A stretch of 64,000 nucleotides of DNA from an uncultured Verrucomicrobiales bacterium (GTDB taxonomy: Bacteria > Verrucomicrobiota > Verrucomicrobiia > Verrucomicrobiales > Akkermansiaceae): assembly GCA_938008215.1 (NCBI GenBank), contig CALLLS010000009.1, positions 8,300 through 72,299 of the forward strand, written 5' to 3'. A model generated the notes under the pieces. That model was not told the origin of the DNA and searched no databases. It saw nothing but the letters and a program-made list of their open reading frames with translations. Shown piece after piece: positions 10,305 through 19,747 of this stretch; within the stretch, counting starts at the first letter, position 1, and the number at the start of each line of letters is the position of its first letter. A program made the translations under genes and the position numbers.

Positions 10305-11513
10305 CTACAATACATGTCCCATTTTGTCCTTTTTAGTCTGTAGGTATTTTTCGTTATCGGCGTTGGGCACCTGTTTAATTGGTACTTGCTCCACGATCTC
10401 TAGTCCATACCCATCAAGGCTAATGACTTTCTTAGGGTTATTAGTCATTAGTTTAATTTTTCTTACTCCTAGGTCATGCAGGATTTGGGCGCCTGTGCCG
10501 TATTCTCTTAGATCTGCGCCGTAGCCGAGTTTTTCATTCGCCTCTACGGTATCGAAGCCATGCTCTTGGAGCTTATACGCTTTGATTTTGGCAGGTAGTC
10601 CGATGCCTCTACCTTCTTGGCGTAGATAAAGTATCACGCCTCCTTCCTTGGATATACGCTCCAAAGCGGTGTGGAGTTGCCCGCCACAATCACACCTTCT
10701 AGACATAAAGACGTCGCCAGTGAGGCACTCAGAGTGGACACGTAATAGAGTAGTGGTTTCAGGAGTGATTTCTCCTTTGACGAGGGCTAAGTGGTGGCTC
10801 CCATCAGTTTCCACGGTGTAGAGGTGACAATCAAATTCCCCGTAATCGGTAGGGAGTTTTATCGTTTCTTCATGATGAACCAGCTTTTCAGTTTTTCTTC
10901 GGTATTCAATGAGCTGAGATACGGTGCATGCTTTAAGTGCGAATTCTTCTTGGAATGTTCCTAAATCGCCGACTCGCGCCATGGTGCCGTCTTCATTCAT
11001 GATTTCACAAATCACGCCCGCAGGAGGGAAACCTGCTAATCTTGCCAAATCTACAGCGGACTCCGTATGTCCAGCCCTTTTTAAGACTCCTCCTTTGGCT
11101 GCTCTTAGAGGGAATATGTGCCCAGGTTGCACCAAATCTGTATGGGTTTTTGTCTCATCCGCAAGAATTCGGATGGTTTCTGCGCGATCAGCTGCAGAGA
11201 TTCCGGTGCTGATTCCTTCCGCTGCATCTACAGAAACCGTAAAGTCTGTTTTTAGAGACTCAGTGTTTCTGGCAGACATAGCACTCAGCCTAAGAACTTC
11301 CGCTCTCTCCGCGGTAATAGGGGCGCAAATGAGCCCCCGCCCTTGGGATGCCATAAATGCGATATGTTCTGGAGTAATAGTAGAGGCTACTCCTACCAAA
11401 TCCGCTTCATTTTCACGAGCAGGATCATCAGCCACGATGACAAGCCGGTTGATCTTAAGCTCTGCTAAGATCTCTTCAATAGGACTAAATTTAAGTGCGC
11501 TCACTACCGACAA
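10305..11513 (-). CDS. ribBA: bifunctional 3,4-dihydroxy-2-butanone-4-phosphate synthase / GTP cyclohydrolase II
   Basis: The DHBP synthase N-terminal half contains ENEADL. The GCHII half contains the CDCG zinc site and GRGIGL. Confidence 0.9.
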   Translation of the reverse strand: MSVVSALKFSPIEEILAELKINRLVIVADDPARENEADLVGVASTITPEHIAFMASQGRGLICAPITAERAEVLRLSAMSARNTESLKTDFTVSVDAAEGISTGISAADRAETIRILADETKTHTDLVQPGHIFPLRAAKGGVLKRAGHTESAVDLARLAGFPPAGVICEIMNEDGTMARVGDLGTFQEEFALKACTVSQLIEYRRKTEKLVHHEETIKLPTDYGEFDCHLYTVETDGSHHLALVKGEITPETTTLLRVHSECLTGDVFMSRRCDCGGQLHTALERISKEGGVILYLRQEGRGIGLPAKIKAYKLQEHGFDTVEANEKLGYGADLREYGTGAQILHDLGVRKIKLMTNNPKKVISLDGYGLEIVEQVPIKQVPNADNEKYLQTKKDKMGHVL

Positions 11514-11592
11514 GGTTACACAAAAGTTCGAGAAGTTAAGAAAAACTTGAATTTATCTGTCACAATATCCACTCTAAAGGCAAATAGATACT

Positions 11593-13017
11593 ATGAAACG
11601 CATCCTTACTTTTTCACTTCTCCTCCTTCCGTCCTTTGCTCAGCCATCATTAACGATTTATAACGATAACTTCGCGGTTGTTCGTCAAGATGTTCCTCTG
11701 ACTTTAGAGGATGGTAATTCTACGGTTTCGTTTGATCAAGTGACCTCCCTATTAGAGCCTGATTCTGTCGTACTGCGAGATCCTACTAATACACTACAGT
11801 TTCAAATCCTAGAGCAGAATTATCGCAACGATCCTGTTTCCGAATCTCTCCTTCTTTCGCTCTTTGAAGGGCAGGAGATCTCTTTCCTTTGTGGAGGAGA
11901 TAATGATAAAGAAGTTGAGAAAAAGGGAACGGTTATCCGTAGTGGATATGTCCCTAGGGGGAGGGCGCAAACCCCGATTATTAAAATGGGCGACCAAATG
12001 CAATTTAGCCTTCCCGGTAAGCCGCTCTTTCCGTCCTTAGGTGATGATTCCATTTTACGCCCCACTCTGACATGGCAACTCAATAGCGCCGTAGGTGAAG
12101 GCACGGCACAGCTTTCTTATTTATCGGCAGGTTTTACTTGGAAGGCGGATTATAACCTCATCGTCACCAAAGAGCAAAGCTCTTTAGCGGATCTTAATGG
12201 ATGGGTTACTCTCACCAATAATAGTGGAACTAAGTTTGAAGACGCTAAAGTGCAGCTTCTCGCAGGGGATGTAAATAAAGTAAAAGAGGTGGCTTATGCC
12301 GAAATGCCAGAAGTGAGAATGCAAAAATCAATGGCTTCAGCAGATCGAGCTCCACAAGTGACGCAAAAGGAACTAGATTCCTATCACCTTTACTCCGTAG
12401 CGAGACCCGTGACCCTAAATGATAAGGAAACTAAGCAAGTGCAGTTCCTCACCTCTGATAAAGTAAGTGCTCAGAAAAGCTTTGTGTATGAGCCACAAAG
12501 AGGAGCTCGATTCTACGGGCAAAAGGTCACGAATGCAGGGAAAAGAGACGGCTTCCCTAAGGATGTTTCTATCTATTGGACATTCAGTAATAATGAGGAA
12601 AACGGGCTAGGGATTCCTATGCCTAAAGGTAAAATACGCCTTTATCAAAAAACGGAGGATAACCAGTTAGAGTTTCTCGGAGATAATGTATTAGACCACA
12701 CTCCTCAGAAAGAAGAGGTCGAGTTTTACACTGGGAACGCGTTCGATCTCATAGGCGAAAGACGGGTGGTAAACTTCGATTATAATAAACTTAACTCAAC
12801 GATCAAGGAGACAATAGAGATAAAGCTTCGTAACCGTTCTAAAGAAATTGCTACAATCCAAGCCATCGAATCAATGCACCGCTGGACAAAATGGTATATG
12901 GAAGAAAAGAGTCATGATTATGAAAAATTAGACGCCCATTCTGCACGTTTTACCGTTACTCTAGACCCCGATAAAGAAGCAGTCATTACCTATACTATTA
13001 AGTATAGCTGGGATTAG
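11593..13017 (+). CDS. DUF4139-family secreted protein
   Basis: Signal peptide followed by the typical SLTIYNDNFAVVRQ opening of the DUF4139/DUF4140 family. 474 aa. Confidence 0.6.
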   Translation: MKRILTFSLLLLPSFAQPSLTIYNDNFAVVRQDVPLTLEDGNSTVSFDQVTSLLEPDSVVLRDPTNTLQFQILEQNYRNDPVSESLLLSLFEGQEISFLCGGDNDKEVEKKGTVIRSGYVPRGRAQTPIIKMGDQMQFSLPGKPLFPSLGDDSILRPTLTWQLNSAVGEGTAQLSYLSAGFTWKADYNLIVTKEQSSLADLNGWVTLTNNSGTKFEDAKVQLLAGDVNKVKEVAYAEMPEVRMQKSMASADRAPQVTQKELDSYHLYSVARPVTLNDKETKQVQFLTSDKVSAQKSFVYEPQRGARFYGQKVTNAGKRDGFPKDVSIYWTFSNNEENGLGIPMPKGKIRLYQKTEDNQLEFLGDNVLDHTPQKEEVEFYTGNAFDLIGERRVVNFDYNKLNSTIKETIEIKLRNRSKEIATIQAIESMHRWTKWYMEEKSHDYEKLDAHSARFTVTLDPDKEAVITYTIKYSWD

Positions 13018-13285
13018 AGGGTAATAAAAAAACTCTCTACGCGTTTCTTCCCCATTTCCTCTGGATGACGTAAGACTGTGGCATCTAACAAATCTCTTAT
13101 AGCAGCCTTTTAATCTGGTATGCGGTGCCCTCTTCTCTTGATTTTCGCTTTAATTCTGTCCTCTAACTTCACAAATAAAAAATTCTTATTTTCACTTTGT
13201 GAAGTCAATCGGCGAATATTTCACTGAGTGTTGATATAGAGAAGTCTATTTACACACCGTCAGATGATACTATTGTTCTACTAAA

Positions 13286-13726
13286 ATGAAGCATCTACTC
13301 GTTATAGCTCTATCAATGCTTCATGCGGTTGGTAATATCGTTGCGGAGGATTTTGCGACTCTACACGATCAAGGGTTTGCCTTCGATATCGTTAAGTATC
13401 ACTCAGACAGCGAGGTTGTGACTATTCGGTATCGGGTGCCCGAGGAGTTTCATTTTACCGGAGCTATGGGAATGAAGCCGTTTCAAGGGGTCTCATTCTA
13501 TGAGCCAACCAACAAGGCAGATCGCGAGGCAAGACTCATTGCTGCTGCGGGAACGAGATTTAATCTTTTGGTTGAGAAGCAGGACAAGAAATTTCATGGT
13601 CAATTCTCACTAATAAAAGACGATGCGAAGAATAAGTATCTAGAATTCCACTTTAACCAAGGTAGCGGATATCCTCCGATGCTTATTCATGTGCCACTTA
13701 AGCTCTTAGTTGATCTGCAAAAATAA
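13286..13726 (+). CDS. secreted hypothetical protein
   Basis: Has a signal peptide. AT-rich. No recognisable family. Confidence 0.4.
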   Translation: MKHLLVIALSMLHAVGNIVAEDFATLHDQGFAFDIVKYHSDSEVVTIRYRVPEEFHFTGAMGMKPFQGVSFYEPTNKADREARLIAAAGTRFNLLVEKQDKKFHGQFSLIKDDAKNKYLEFHFNQGSGYPPMLIHVPLKLLVDLQK

Positions 13727-13835
13727 ACCAAGTAGAACAAGACAGCGCACACCAATCCACTACCCGCTCCGAGTTGAAGTCTGAATGATAATTACAAACC
13801 TTAACCTGAAATCAAAGCGCGCCTTCCGGTAGTGG

Positions 13836-14489
13836 ATGGATGGCTTTAGACGTTATGATTACAAATTTATGAGTCCAGATGATATGAAACGTTTTGCAAC
13901 CTCACTTGGTTGCCTTGATTATCACATACAACGGAAACATTCAGAATTCTCGTTAAATCTATCTATTGAGAACGTTTATAAATACTACGAAGTAGACAAA
14001 AACGATCTAAGCGAAGAGCAGGCCAAGGATTGCGACAGTTTAATAAGTCCATTAAAGAATTCTATATTCACCTATCTAGCAGGAATTCTCGAAGGTGGGC
14101 TAAATGACAGTTGTAAACAAATAGACAATATTGAAGATGATTTACCGAAGGGTCTTGAGCAGTTCAGAAGAGACAATGGCATAACTAAATCAATTAAATT
14201 CCTAAAGAAAAGCTGCAACCAAAGCTTATTTCAAGACGAATCCTTAAAACAAGTTTTGGACTTATTTTTCGCCTTCAGAAACCTCCTTTTACATTCAGCA
14301 GGGAAAAAAGATTTATTTAACCGTCATAAAGTTCACAGAATTGATAATCTTGAGGAGTTGAAATTGATTATTAAAGATTCAAATGGGCTTTACATACTTA
14401 CAGAAGAAGGTTTTTCCATATTTTATAATCTGTTCGATTCTCTAATGATTACTATAGCCGAGGAGAGGATGAAAAAGATGCGATCATAA
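13836..14489 (+). CDS. hypothetical protein with HEPN-like Rx4H motif
   Basis: 217 aa, apparently helix-rich. R148-N-L-L-L-H153 (nt 14277-14294) fits the Rx4-6H motif of HEPN RNases. Sits next to a toxin-antitoxin pair in an AT-rich segment. Confidence 0.4.
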   Translation: MDGFRRYDYKFMSPDDMKRFATSLGCLDYHIQRKHSEFSLNLSIENVYKYYEVDKNDLSEEQAKDCDSLISPLKNSIFTYLAGILEGGLNDSCKQIDNIEDDLPKGLEQFRRDNGITKSIKFLKKSCNQSLFQDESLKQVLDLFFAFRNLLLHSAGKKDLFNRHKVHRIDNLEELKLIIKDSNGLYILTEEGFSIFYNLFDSLMITIAEERMKKMRS

Positions 14490-14630
14490 CAAGCACCTGC
14501 TGGCAAACCCCGTTCGCAGTGTAATTTTCTAGAAAAAGAAGTCTGATCTTGCGGGCTGGTTTGCCAGAGGTTAAACGTTCGGCAAAAAATTCCACTCGCA
14601 ACGTAGCCGATATGTGCTACACTCGCGAAT

Positions 14631-14861
14631 ATGAGTGATACAGTAGTGAGAGCTAGGGTCGATCCGAGCCTTAAAAAGGAAACAGAAGCGATCTTTGCTG
14701 AATTAGGGTTAACCACCACGGAAGCGATTAGAATGTTCTTGGCTCAAGTGAGGCTAAGGCATGGTCTACCATTTTCGGTATCTGCACCTGTAAGTAACGA
14801 TGACCTGTTAGCATCAAGTATGACGCGTCAAGCAGCACTAGATTCTGTATTCGATGACTAA
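14631..14861 (+). CDS. RelB/DinJ-family type II antitoxin
   Basis: RARVDPSLKKETEAIFAELGLTTTEAIRMFLAQV is the canonical DinJ ribbon-helix-helix N-terminus. Confidence 0.85.
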   Translation: MSDTVVRARVDPSLKKETEAIFAELGLTTTEAIRMFLAQVRLRHGLPFSVSAPVSNDDLLASSMTRQAALDSVFDD

Positions 14862-15168
14862 ACCAGGCGAAGTATACCGAGTTGATTTAGGAATAGGCGG
14901 GAAAGTCCGAATGATGCTTGTCGTATCAAGGTTCGATGAAGCAGCTTCACGAGCGTTGTCATTGTGTGTCCCTATTACTTCATCTTACAGAGATACAAAA
15001 TACGAAGTAGAGCTAGCATCTGCTCATTTCCTAAGAACCAAGAGTTTTGCGAATGTGCAAGGCTTGCAAGCAATTCAAGATCACGAATTAGATGGACCGG
15101 TGGGCTTAGTATATGGAGATGTTTTTGTAAGAGTTAAAGAGGCTCTACGTTATGCAATGGAACACTAA
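14854..15168 (+). CDS. PemK/MazF-family type II toxin (mRNA interferase)
   Basis: GEVYRVDL...VRMMLVVS...VPITSS blocks match MazF. Overlaps the antitoxin gene by 8 nt. Confidence 0.8.
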   Translation: MTKPGEVYRVDLGIGGKVRMMLVVSRFDEAASRALSLCVPITSSYRDTKYEVELASAHFLRTKSFANVQGLQAIQDHELDGPVGLVYGDVFVRVKEALRYAMEH

Positions 15169-15189
15169 CAAAAAAGAACAATACACTCT

Positions 15190-16203
15190 ATGAGAAGACT
15201 GCCAGCAGAATGGGAAACACAAGAAGCGATTTGGCTCAGCTGGCCACCTTTTGAAAAGCACTGGGGAGGTAAAAAAGAAGATCTTTTACAAAAGAAGTGG
15301 GCAGAAATCGCCTCACTTATATCACAGAGTCAAGTTGTTCGTATAAATGCCTCTTTAAAATCGCACGTAAGGATTTCTCAGGCCCTCGCAAAATCAAGCG
15401 CAGAGCTGACTAACATAGAGCTTTATGACCACTGTAATGATGACGTTTGGTGCCGCGACCACGGGGCGATTTTTGTGGAAGAGGATAAGGAACTCGTTGC
15501 TACTGATTGGAAATTTAATGGCTGGGGGGAACACTTCGCTCCTTATGGTCTAGATGACAAAATGGCATCTCAAATGGCGCAGTCACAAGGAATTAGACAC
15601 GAACGATATGAGGAAGTGCTAGAAGGAGGCGCGATAGAAACGAATGGAGCAGGCACCCTCCTTACCACGGAGGCAGTGTTGCTTAACCCGAACCGCAACC
15701 CTCACTTAAACCAAGCAGGAGTAGAAAAAATGCTTCAGAAGCGCCTAGGAGTAAAAGGCATCATTTGGCTAAATGAGGGGATAGAAGGCGACGATACAGG
15801 CGGACACATTGATGACATTGCGCGCTTCACAAATGAAAACACCATCCTCATCTCATCCTCTCAAGAGGGCAGAAATAAAGAAACGCTGGAAGAGAACCTC
15901 AGGCGCTTAGAAGAAACGCGCTTTACCACTATAAAGCTTCCCATGCCAGAGCCTTGTGAAGTCCCAGGGTGGAGATTACCCATTCTTCCTGCCTCTTATG
16001 TAAATTTTCTCATTACTAACGAGCTAGTCTTAGTCCCTACCTTTCAGCAAAAAGCGAATGATGACTACGCTATAGGAGTCATCCAAGAGCAATTCCCTAG
16101 GAGAACCGTTATCGGAGTGGATTGCCTAGATATCGTCCAAGAAGGGGGGGCTCTCCATTGTCTCTCAATGCAACAACCTGCATTGAAAAAGAGTAAATTG
16201 TGA
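15190..16203 (+). CDS. aguA: agmatine deiminase
   Basis: The opening LPAEWETQEAIWLSWP and the C-terminal catalytic GGALHCLSMQQP match the Porphyromonas-type PAD/AguA family. Confidence 0.85.
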   Translation: MRRLPAEWETQEAIWLSWPPFEKHWGGKKEDLLQKKWAEIASLISQSQVVRINASLKSHVRISQALAKSSAELTNIELYDHCNDDVWCRDHGAIFVEEDKELVATDWKFNGWGEHFAPYGLDDKMASQMAQSQGIRHERYEEVLEGGAIETNGAGTLLTTEAVLLNPNRNPHLNQAGVEKMLQKRLGVKGIIWLNEGIEGDDTGGHIDDIARFTNENTILISSSQEGRNKETLEENLRRLEETRFTTIKLPMPEPCEVPGWRLPILPASYVNFLITNELVLVPTFQQKANDDYAIGVIQEQFPRRTVIGVDCLDIVQEGGALHCLSMQQPALKKSKL

Positions 16204-16271
16204 AAATAGAATGCTTTCTTTAGTCTCTCTTCTTGATCTAAGAGTAATTTACTATCTGATAGACAACAAAT

Positions 16272-17348
16272 ATGAACGTATTAATCGCATGTGGAGGAAC
16301 TGGAGGACACCTCTTTCCTGGAATAGCTCTCGCAGAAGAACTTGTAAGAAGAGGGCATACTCCATATCTGGTTGTTTCAGAAAAAAGCGTCGATAAAGAG
16401 GCCTCTGAAAAATATTCTCAATTCACCTTTATCACCCAGCCTTCTCGTCCGAAGCCCGCGATCACATCTCCAAAGATTCTCGGCTTCATCCTGAGCCTTT
16501 TTAAAGTGAAAGCTCTTTCGGCAAAGCTCATTAAGGAAAAAAAGATCGATGCCGTCGTAGGAATGGGAGGATTCACCTGCTTTGGTCCTATCTTAGCTGG
16601 GAAATCACGGAAAATCCCAACCTTTCTGCATGATTCTAATGCCGTCCCAGGAAAGACAAACCGCTTTCTAGCCAAGTATGTAAATAAAGTGCTTCTAGGT
16701 CTAGAGCCTGCCAAAGCTTACTTCTCAAATAAGCCATGTGAAGTGGTAGGGACACCTCTCCGAGATGAGCTTAAGACCCTTCCAAGCAGAGAAGAAGCGG
16801 CTGCCCAATTCGGGTTAAACCCAGATAACCCCACCGTCTTAATTTTTGGTGGTAGTCAAGGGGCTAAAAAGCTCAATACACTCATCCTAAGTGCCGCGAG
16901 AAGAAGCCCAGACTCCATTCAATACTTACACGTCGCTGGATCACTCGATTTTGAGCGTGTCGCTTCAGAAAGTAAGCGGATCGAGAATCATTTGCCTCTC
17001 GCCTTTTGTGATGACATGCCTTCCGCCTACGCATTGGCGGATCTTGTCGTTTGTCGCTCTGGGGCATCCAGTATGACAGAGTTGTCTTATTTAGGACTGC
17101 CTTCCATCCTTGTTCCTTACCCTGCAGCAGCAGATGATCATCAGACGAAAAATGCTCTCGCCTTCTCAGAAAAAGGCGCTGCTATTCTTCGCCAAGAGCG
17201 TGATCTTTCAAATGAAAATCTAGAAGCTCTCATTTCTGATTTGATGCAAGACACAGATCAGCGTGAAATACTAAGTAAGAAGATCAAGGAACTCTCCCAA
17301 GACCCTGCGGGAGCGATCTGTGATCTTATCGAACAATCCGTATCATGA
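16272..17348 (+). CDS. murG: undecaprenyldiphospho-muramoylpentapeptide beta-N-acetylglucosaminyltransferase
   Basis: GGTGGHLFPG motif, in dcw cluster context. Confidence 0.9.
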   Translation: MNVLIACGGTGGHLFPGIALAEELVRRGHTPYLVVSEKSVDKEASEKYSQFTFITQPSRPKPAITSPKILGFILSLFKVKALSAKLIKEKKIDAVVGMGGFTCFGPILAGKSRKIPTFLHDSNAVPGKTNRFLAKYVNKVLLGLEPAKAYFSNKPCEVVGTPLRDELKTLPSREEAAAQFGLNPDNPTVLIFGGSQGAKKLNTLILSAARRSPDSIQYLHVAGSLDFERVASESKRIENHLPLAFCDDMPSAYALADLVVCRSGASSMTELSYLGLPSILVPYPAAADDHQTKNALAFSEKGAAILRQERDLSNENLEALISDLMQDTDQREILSKKIKELSQDPAGAICDLIEQSVS

Positions 17349-19648
17349 TTACCCTTACCAAATCTCTTTTAAGCTCAGATAAAAAACTTCGTATTCACCT
17401 TATCGGGGTGGCGGGTTCAGGCATGAGTGGCTTAGCGCAGCTCTTGCTAGAAATGGGGCATATTGTCAGTGGGTCGGATCGCGTGAACAGTGGAGAGACG
17501 GAGCGCTTAAAGAAAATCGGGCTGAAATTCTCCAGTCCGCATAGCGCAGAATGTGTGAACGGGTGTGATTATGTCATTTTTTCTTCTGCGATTCGGGAAG
17601 CAAACCCAGCGCGCAAATCAGCTATCGATCAAGGAATTAAGACCCTTCGTCGTGCGGAGTGCCTCGCGGCTATTCTTCATAATCGAGATGGAGTGATCGT
17701 AGCGGGAACACACGGCAAGACCACAACTTCCGCTCTCAGTGCGCATGTCCTGAGACGTGCAAATCTTCATCCTAGTTATTACGTCGGTGCGGAAATCCCT
17801 ATTCTTGGAACGAACGCGAAATGGAATGAGAATGGAAATTTAATGGTCGCAGAAGGGGATGAATCAGACGGCACCCTCGTCCTCTATAAGCCAAAGCATT
17901 CTATTATTCTTAATCTAGAACTGGAGCACCTGGATTTTTATAAGGATATGGATCACCTCAATAGTGTCTTCTCCACCTTGATCCAAAATACTCAAGAGAA
18001 GGTTATCTACTGTTCTGAGGATAAGAACGCCACCGCCTTAGTAAAACCCTCAGGTAAAGGAGTTTCTTACGGATGGAAAGATGCGGATTACACTGCCAGT
18101 AATCTCCTAGAAGGGAGAGGCACCACTTACTTCACTGTCAGTAAACAGGGGAAACCAGTAGGTCGCTTAGAGCTCGGTATTCCAGGAGCACATAACGTCT
18201 TAAATGCTCTTGCCGCATATGCTCTCGCGGATCTTCAAGGAGCAGATTTCACCTTTATAGATAGCGCCATGGCATCCTTTGCGGGAGCCAAGAGACGCTT
18301 TGAAACGAAATACTACTCGCCTAATTTCCGAATAGTCGATGACTATGGTCATCACCCCACAGAGGTAGAAGCTACGCTGAAAACAGCGAGAAAGTTCGAG
18401 CCTAAGAGGCTTGTCGTTGCTTTTCAGCCCCACCGCTATTCACGTACACAAATGCTTGCTAAAGAGTTCGGAGAAGCCTTTGCTCTCGCCGATCAAGTCT
18501 ATATTACTGATATCTATGCAGCCAGTGAAGACCCCATTCCTGGTATTACTGCGGACACGATTGTTGATGCTATTAAAGAAGAAGGAGATACCAAGGCGGA
18601 ATCTGTGGGCGCTGTCTCTCAAGCTCATTACCGAATCGGGAATAAGCTGAAAAAAGGAGACCTACTCATCACACTAGGAGCAGGAAATATTCATGAAGTG
18701 GGGACAAAGATAGCCAGAGACCTCAATACCTTAGAAGATATTCAACGTTTTCAACCTACTCCTGACTCTGCAACGGCATGCCTTTATGAGCCAATGAGGC
18801 GTCATACTACCATAATGATCGGTGGTCCCGCACAATTCTGGATAGAGCCACACACTTTTCAGTCCTTTGCCGCTATCGCGAATACTATTAAGGAGCGTTC
18901 TATGCCCATTCGCATCGTTGGGCGTGGTTCTAACCTTCTCGTTAAAGACGGAGGTCTGCGAGGTGCTGTTATTCACCCCTCTGGAGGAGAGTTTTCAGAA
19001 GTATCAGTTGATGGAAACCGCATCACATGTGGAGTAGGTGCGCGCTTTAAGAAAGTAGCTAGTGCCGCTCAGTCCGCTGGAATAGGAGGCTTTGAATGGA
19101 TGGAGGGCATTCCTGGAAACGTAGGAGGAAGCTTGCGCATGAATGCAGGCGCGATGGGCACAGAGACCTTTGATCAAGTCGTAGAAATGACCTTCCTCAA
19201 TGAGATTGGGAAAATTGTGAAAAAAAGCCGTGATGAGATCGTAGCATATTACCGCAACGTTCCTGAGCTGGATCATAACTTCGCTCTTCAAGTAGTTTTT
19301 GAAGGAACGCCAGCTCCTGCAGATGATATACAGGCTAAAATGCTGGAGTCTCGTAATAAGCGAAACACTACTCAGCCAAAAGCTGCTAGTGCGGGGTGTA
19401 TTTTTAAAAACCCCATGAAAGAGCTTGGTGCTGGAAAGCTTATTGATGAATTGGGGCTGAAAGGCACTACCATTGGACAATCTGAGATCTCAGAGGTGCA
19501 CGGAAACTTCTTCGTTAATAAAGGCGGAACGACCGCAAAAGAAATGCTCTCTCTTATCAAGCACACACAAGAACGTGCTAAGAAAGAGCGAGACATCATC
19601 CTTGAAACAGAAGTGCAAATCATCGGAGAGGATCAGCCCTCTTTTTAA
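17345..19648 (+). CDS. murC/murB: fused UDP-N-acetylmuramate--L-alanine ligase / UDP-N-acetylenolpyruvoylglucosamine reductase (MurC-MurB)
   Basis: The N-terminal MurC part contains GVAGSGMSG and GTHGKTTT. The C-terminal MurB part contains GRGSNLL, GIPGNVGGSLRMNAGA and SAGCIFKNP. Both lie in one 767-aa frame. Confidence 0.9.
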   Translation: MITLTKSLLSSDKKLRIHLIGVAGSGMSGLAQLLLEMGHIVSGSDRVNSGETERLKKIGLKFSSPHSAECVNGCDYVIFSSAIREANPARKSAIDQGIKTLRRAECLAAILHNRDGVIVAGTHGKTTTSALSAHVLRRANLHPSYYVGAEIPILGTNAKWNENGNLMVAEGDESDGTLVLYKPKHSIILNLELEHLDFYKDMDHLNSVFSTLIQNTQEKVIYCSEDKNATALVKPSGKGVSYGWKDADYTASNLLEGRGTTYFTVSKQGKPVGRLELGIPGAHNVLNALAAYALADLQGADFTFIDSAMASFAGAKRRFETKYYSPNFRIVDDYGHHPTEVEATLKTARKFEPKRLVVAFQPHRYSRTQMLAKEFGEAFALADQVYITDIYAASEDPIPGITADTIVDAIKEEGDTKAESVGAVSQAHYRIGNKLKKGDLLITLGAGNIHEVGTKIARDLNTLEDIQRFQPTPDSATACLYEPMRRHTTIMIGGPAQFWIEPHTFQSFAAIANTIKERSMPIRIVGRGSNLLVKDGGLRGAVIHPSGGEFSEVSVDGNRITCGVGARFKKVASAAQSAGIGGFEWMEGIPGNVGGSLRMNAGAMGTETFDQVVEMTFLNEIGKIVKKSRDEIVAYYRNVPELDHNFALQVVFEGTPAPADDIQAKMLESRNKRNTTQPKAASAGCIFKNPMKELGAGKLIDELGLKGTTIGQSEISEVHGNFFVNKGGTTAKEMLSLIKHTQERAKKERDIILETEVQIIGEDQPSF

Positions 19649-19747
19649 GAGATTACCCATTCTTGAGATGAAAAACTGAGGATTTTAACAGATTGAAAAC
19701 TTATGTGTTGAATAGGTGCTGAGTAAGGAATAATGATTTAAGCAATC

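Noticed and set aside
10924-11550. 208-aa ORF on the plus strand
   Set aside because: It is entirely antisense to the well-supported ribBA gene. Its composition is Ser/Ala/Pro-rich and typical of shadow frames.
11514-11592. Possible FMN riboswitch upstream of ribBA
   Set aside because: The intergenic region is only 79 nt. It lacks the conserved FMN-element cores and is too short for the aptamer.
14423-14719. 98-aa minus-strand ORF spanning the HEPN-like gene end and the dinJ start
   Set aside because: It overlaps two better-supported plus-strand genes and their intergenic promoter region. It has no motifs.
16211-16396. 61-aa ORF overlapping the murG start
   Set aside because: It is out of frame with murG, whose N-terminus (MNVLIACGGTGGH) is canonical. 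The ORF has an Arg/Ser-rich shadow composition.
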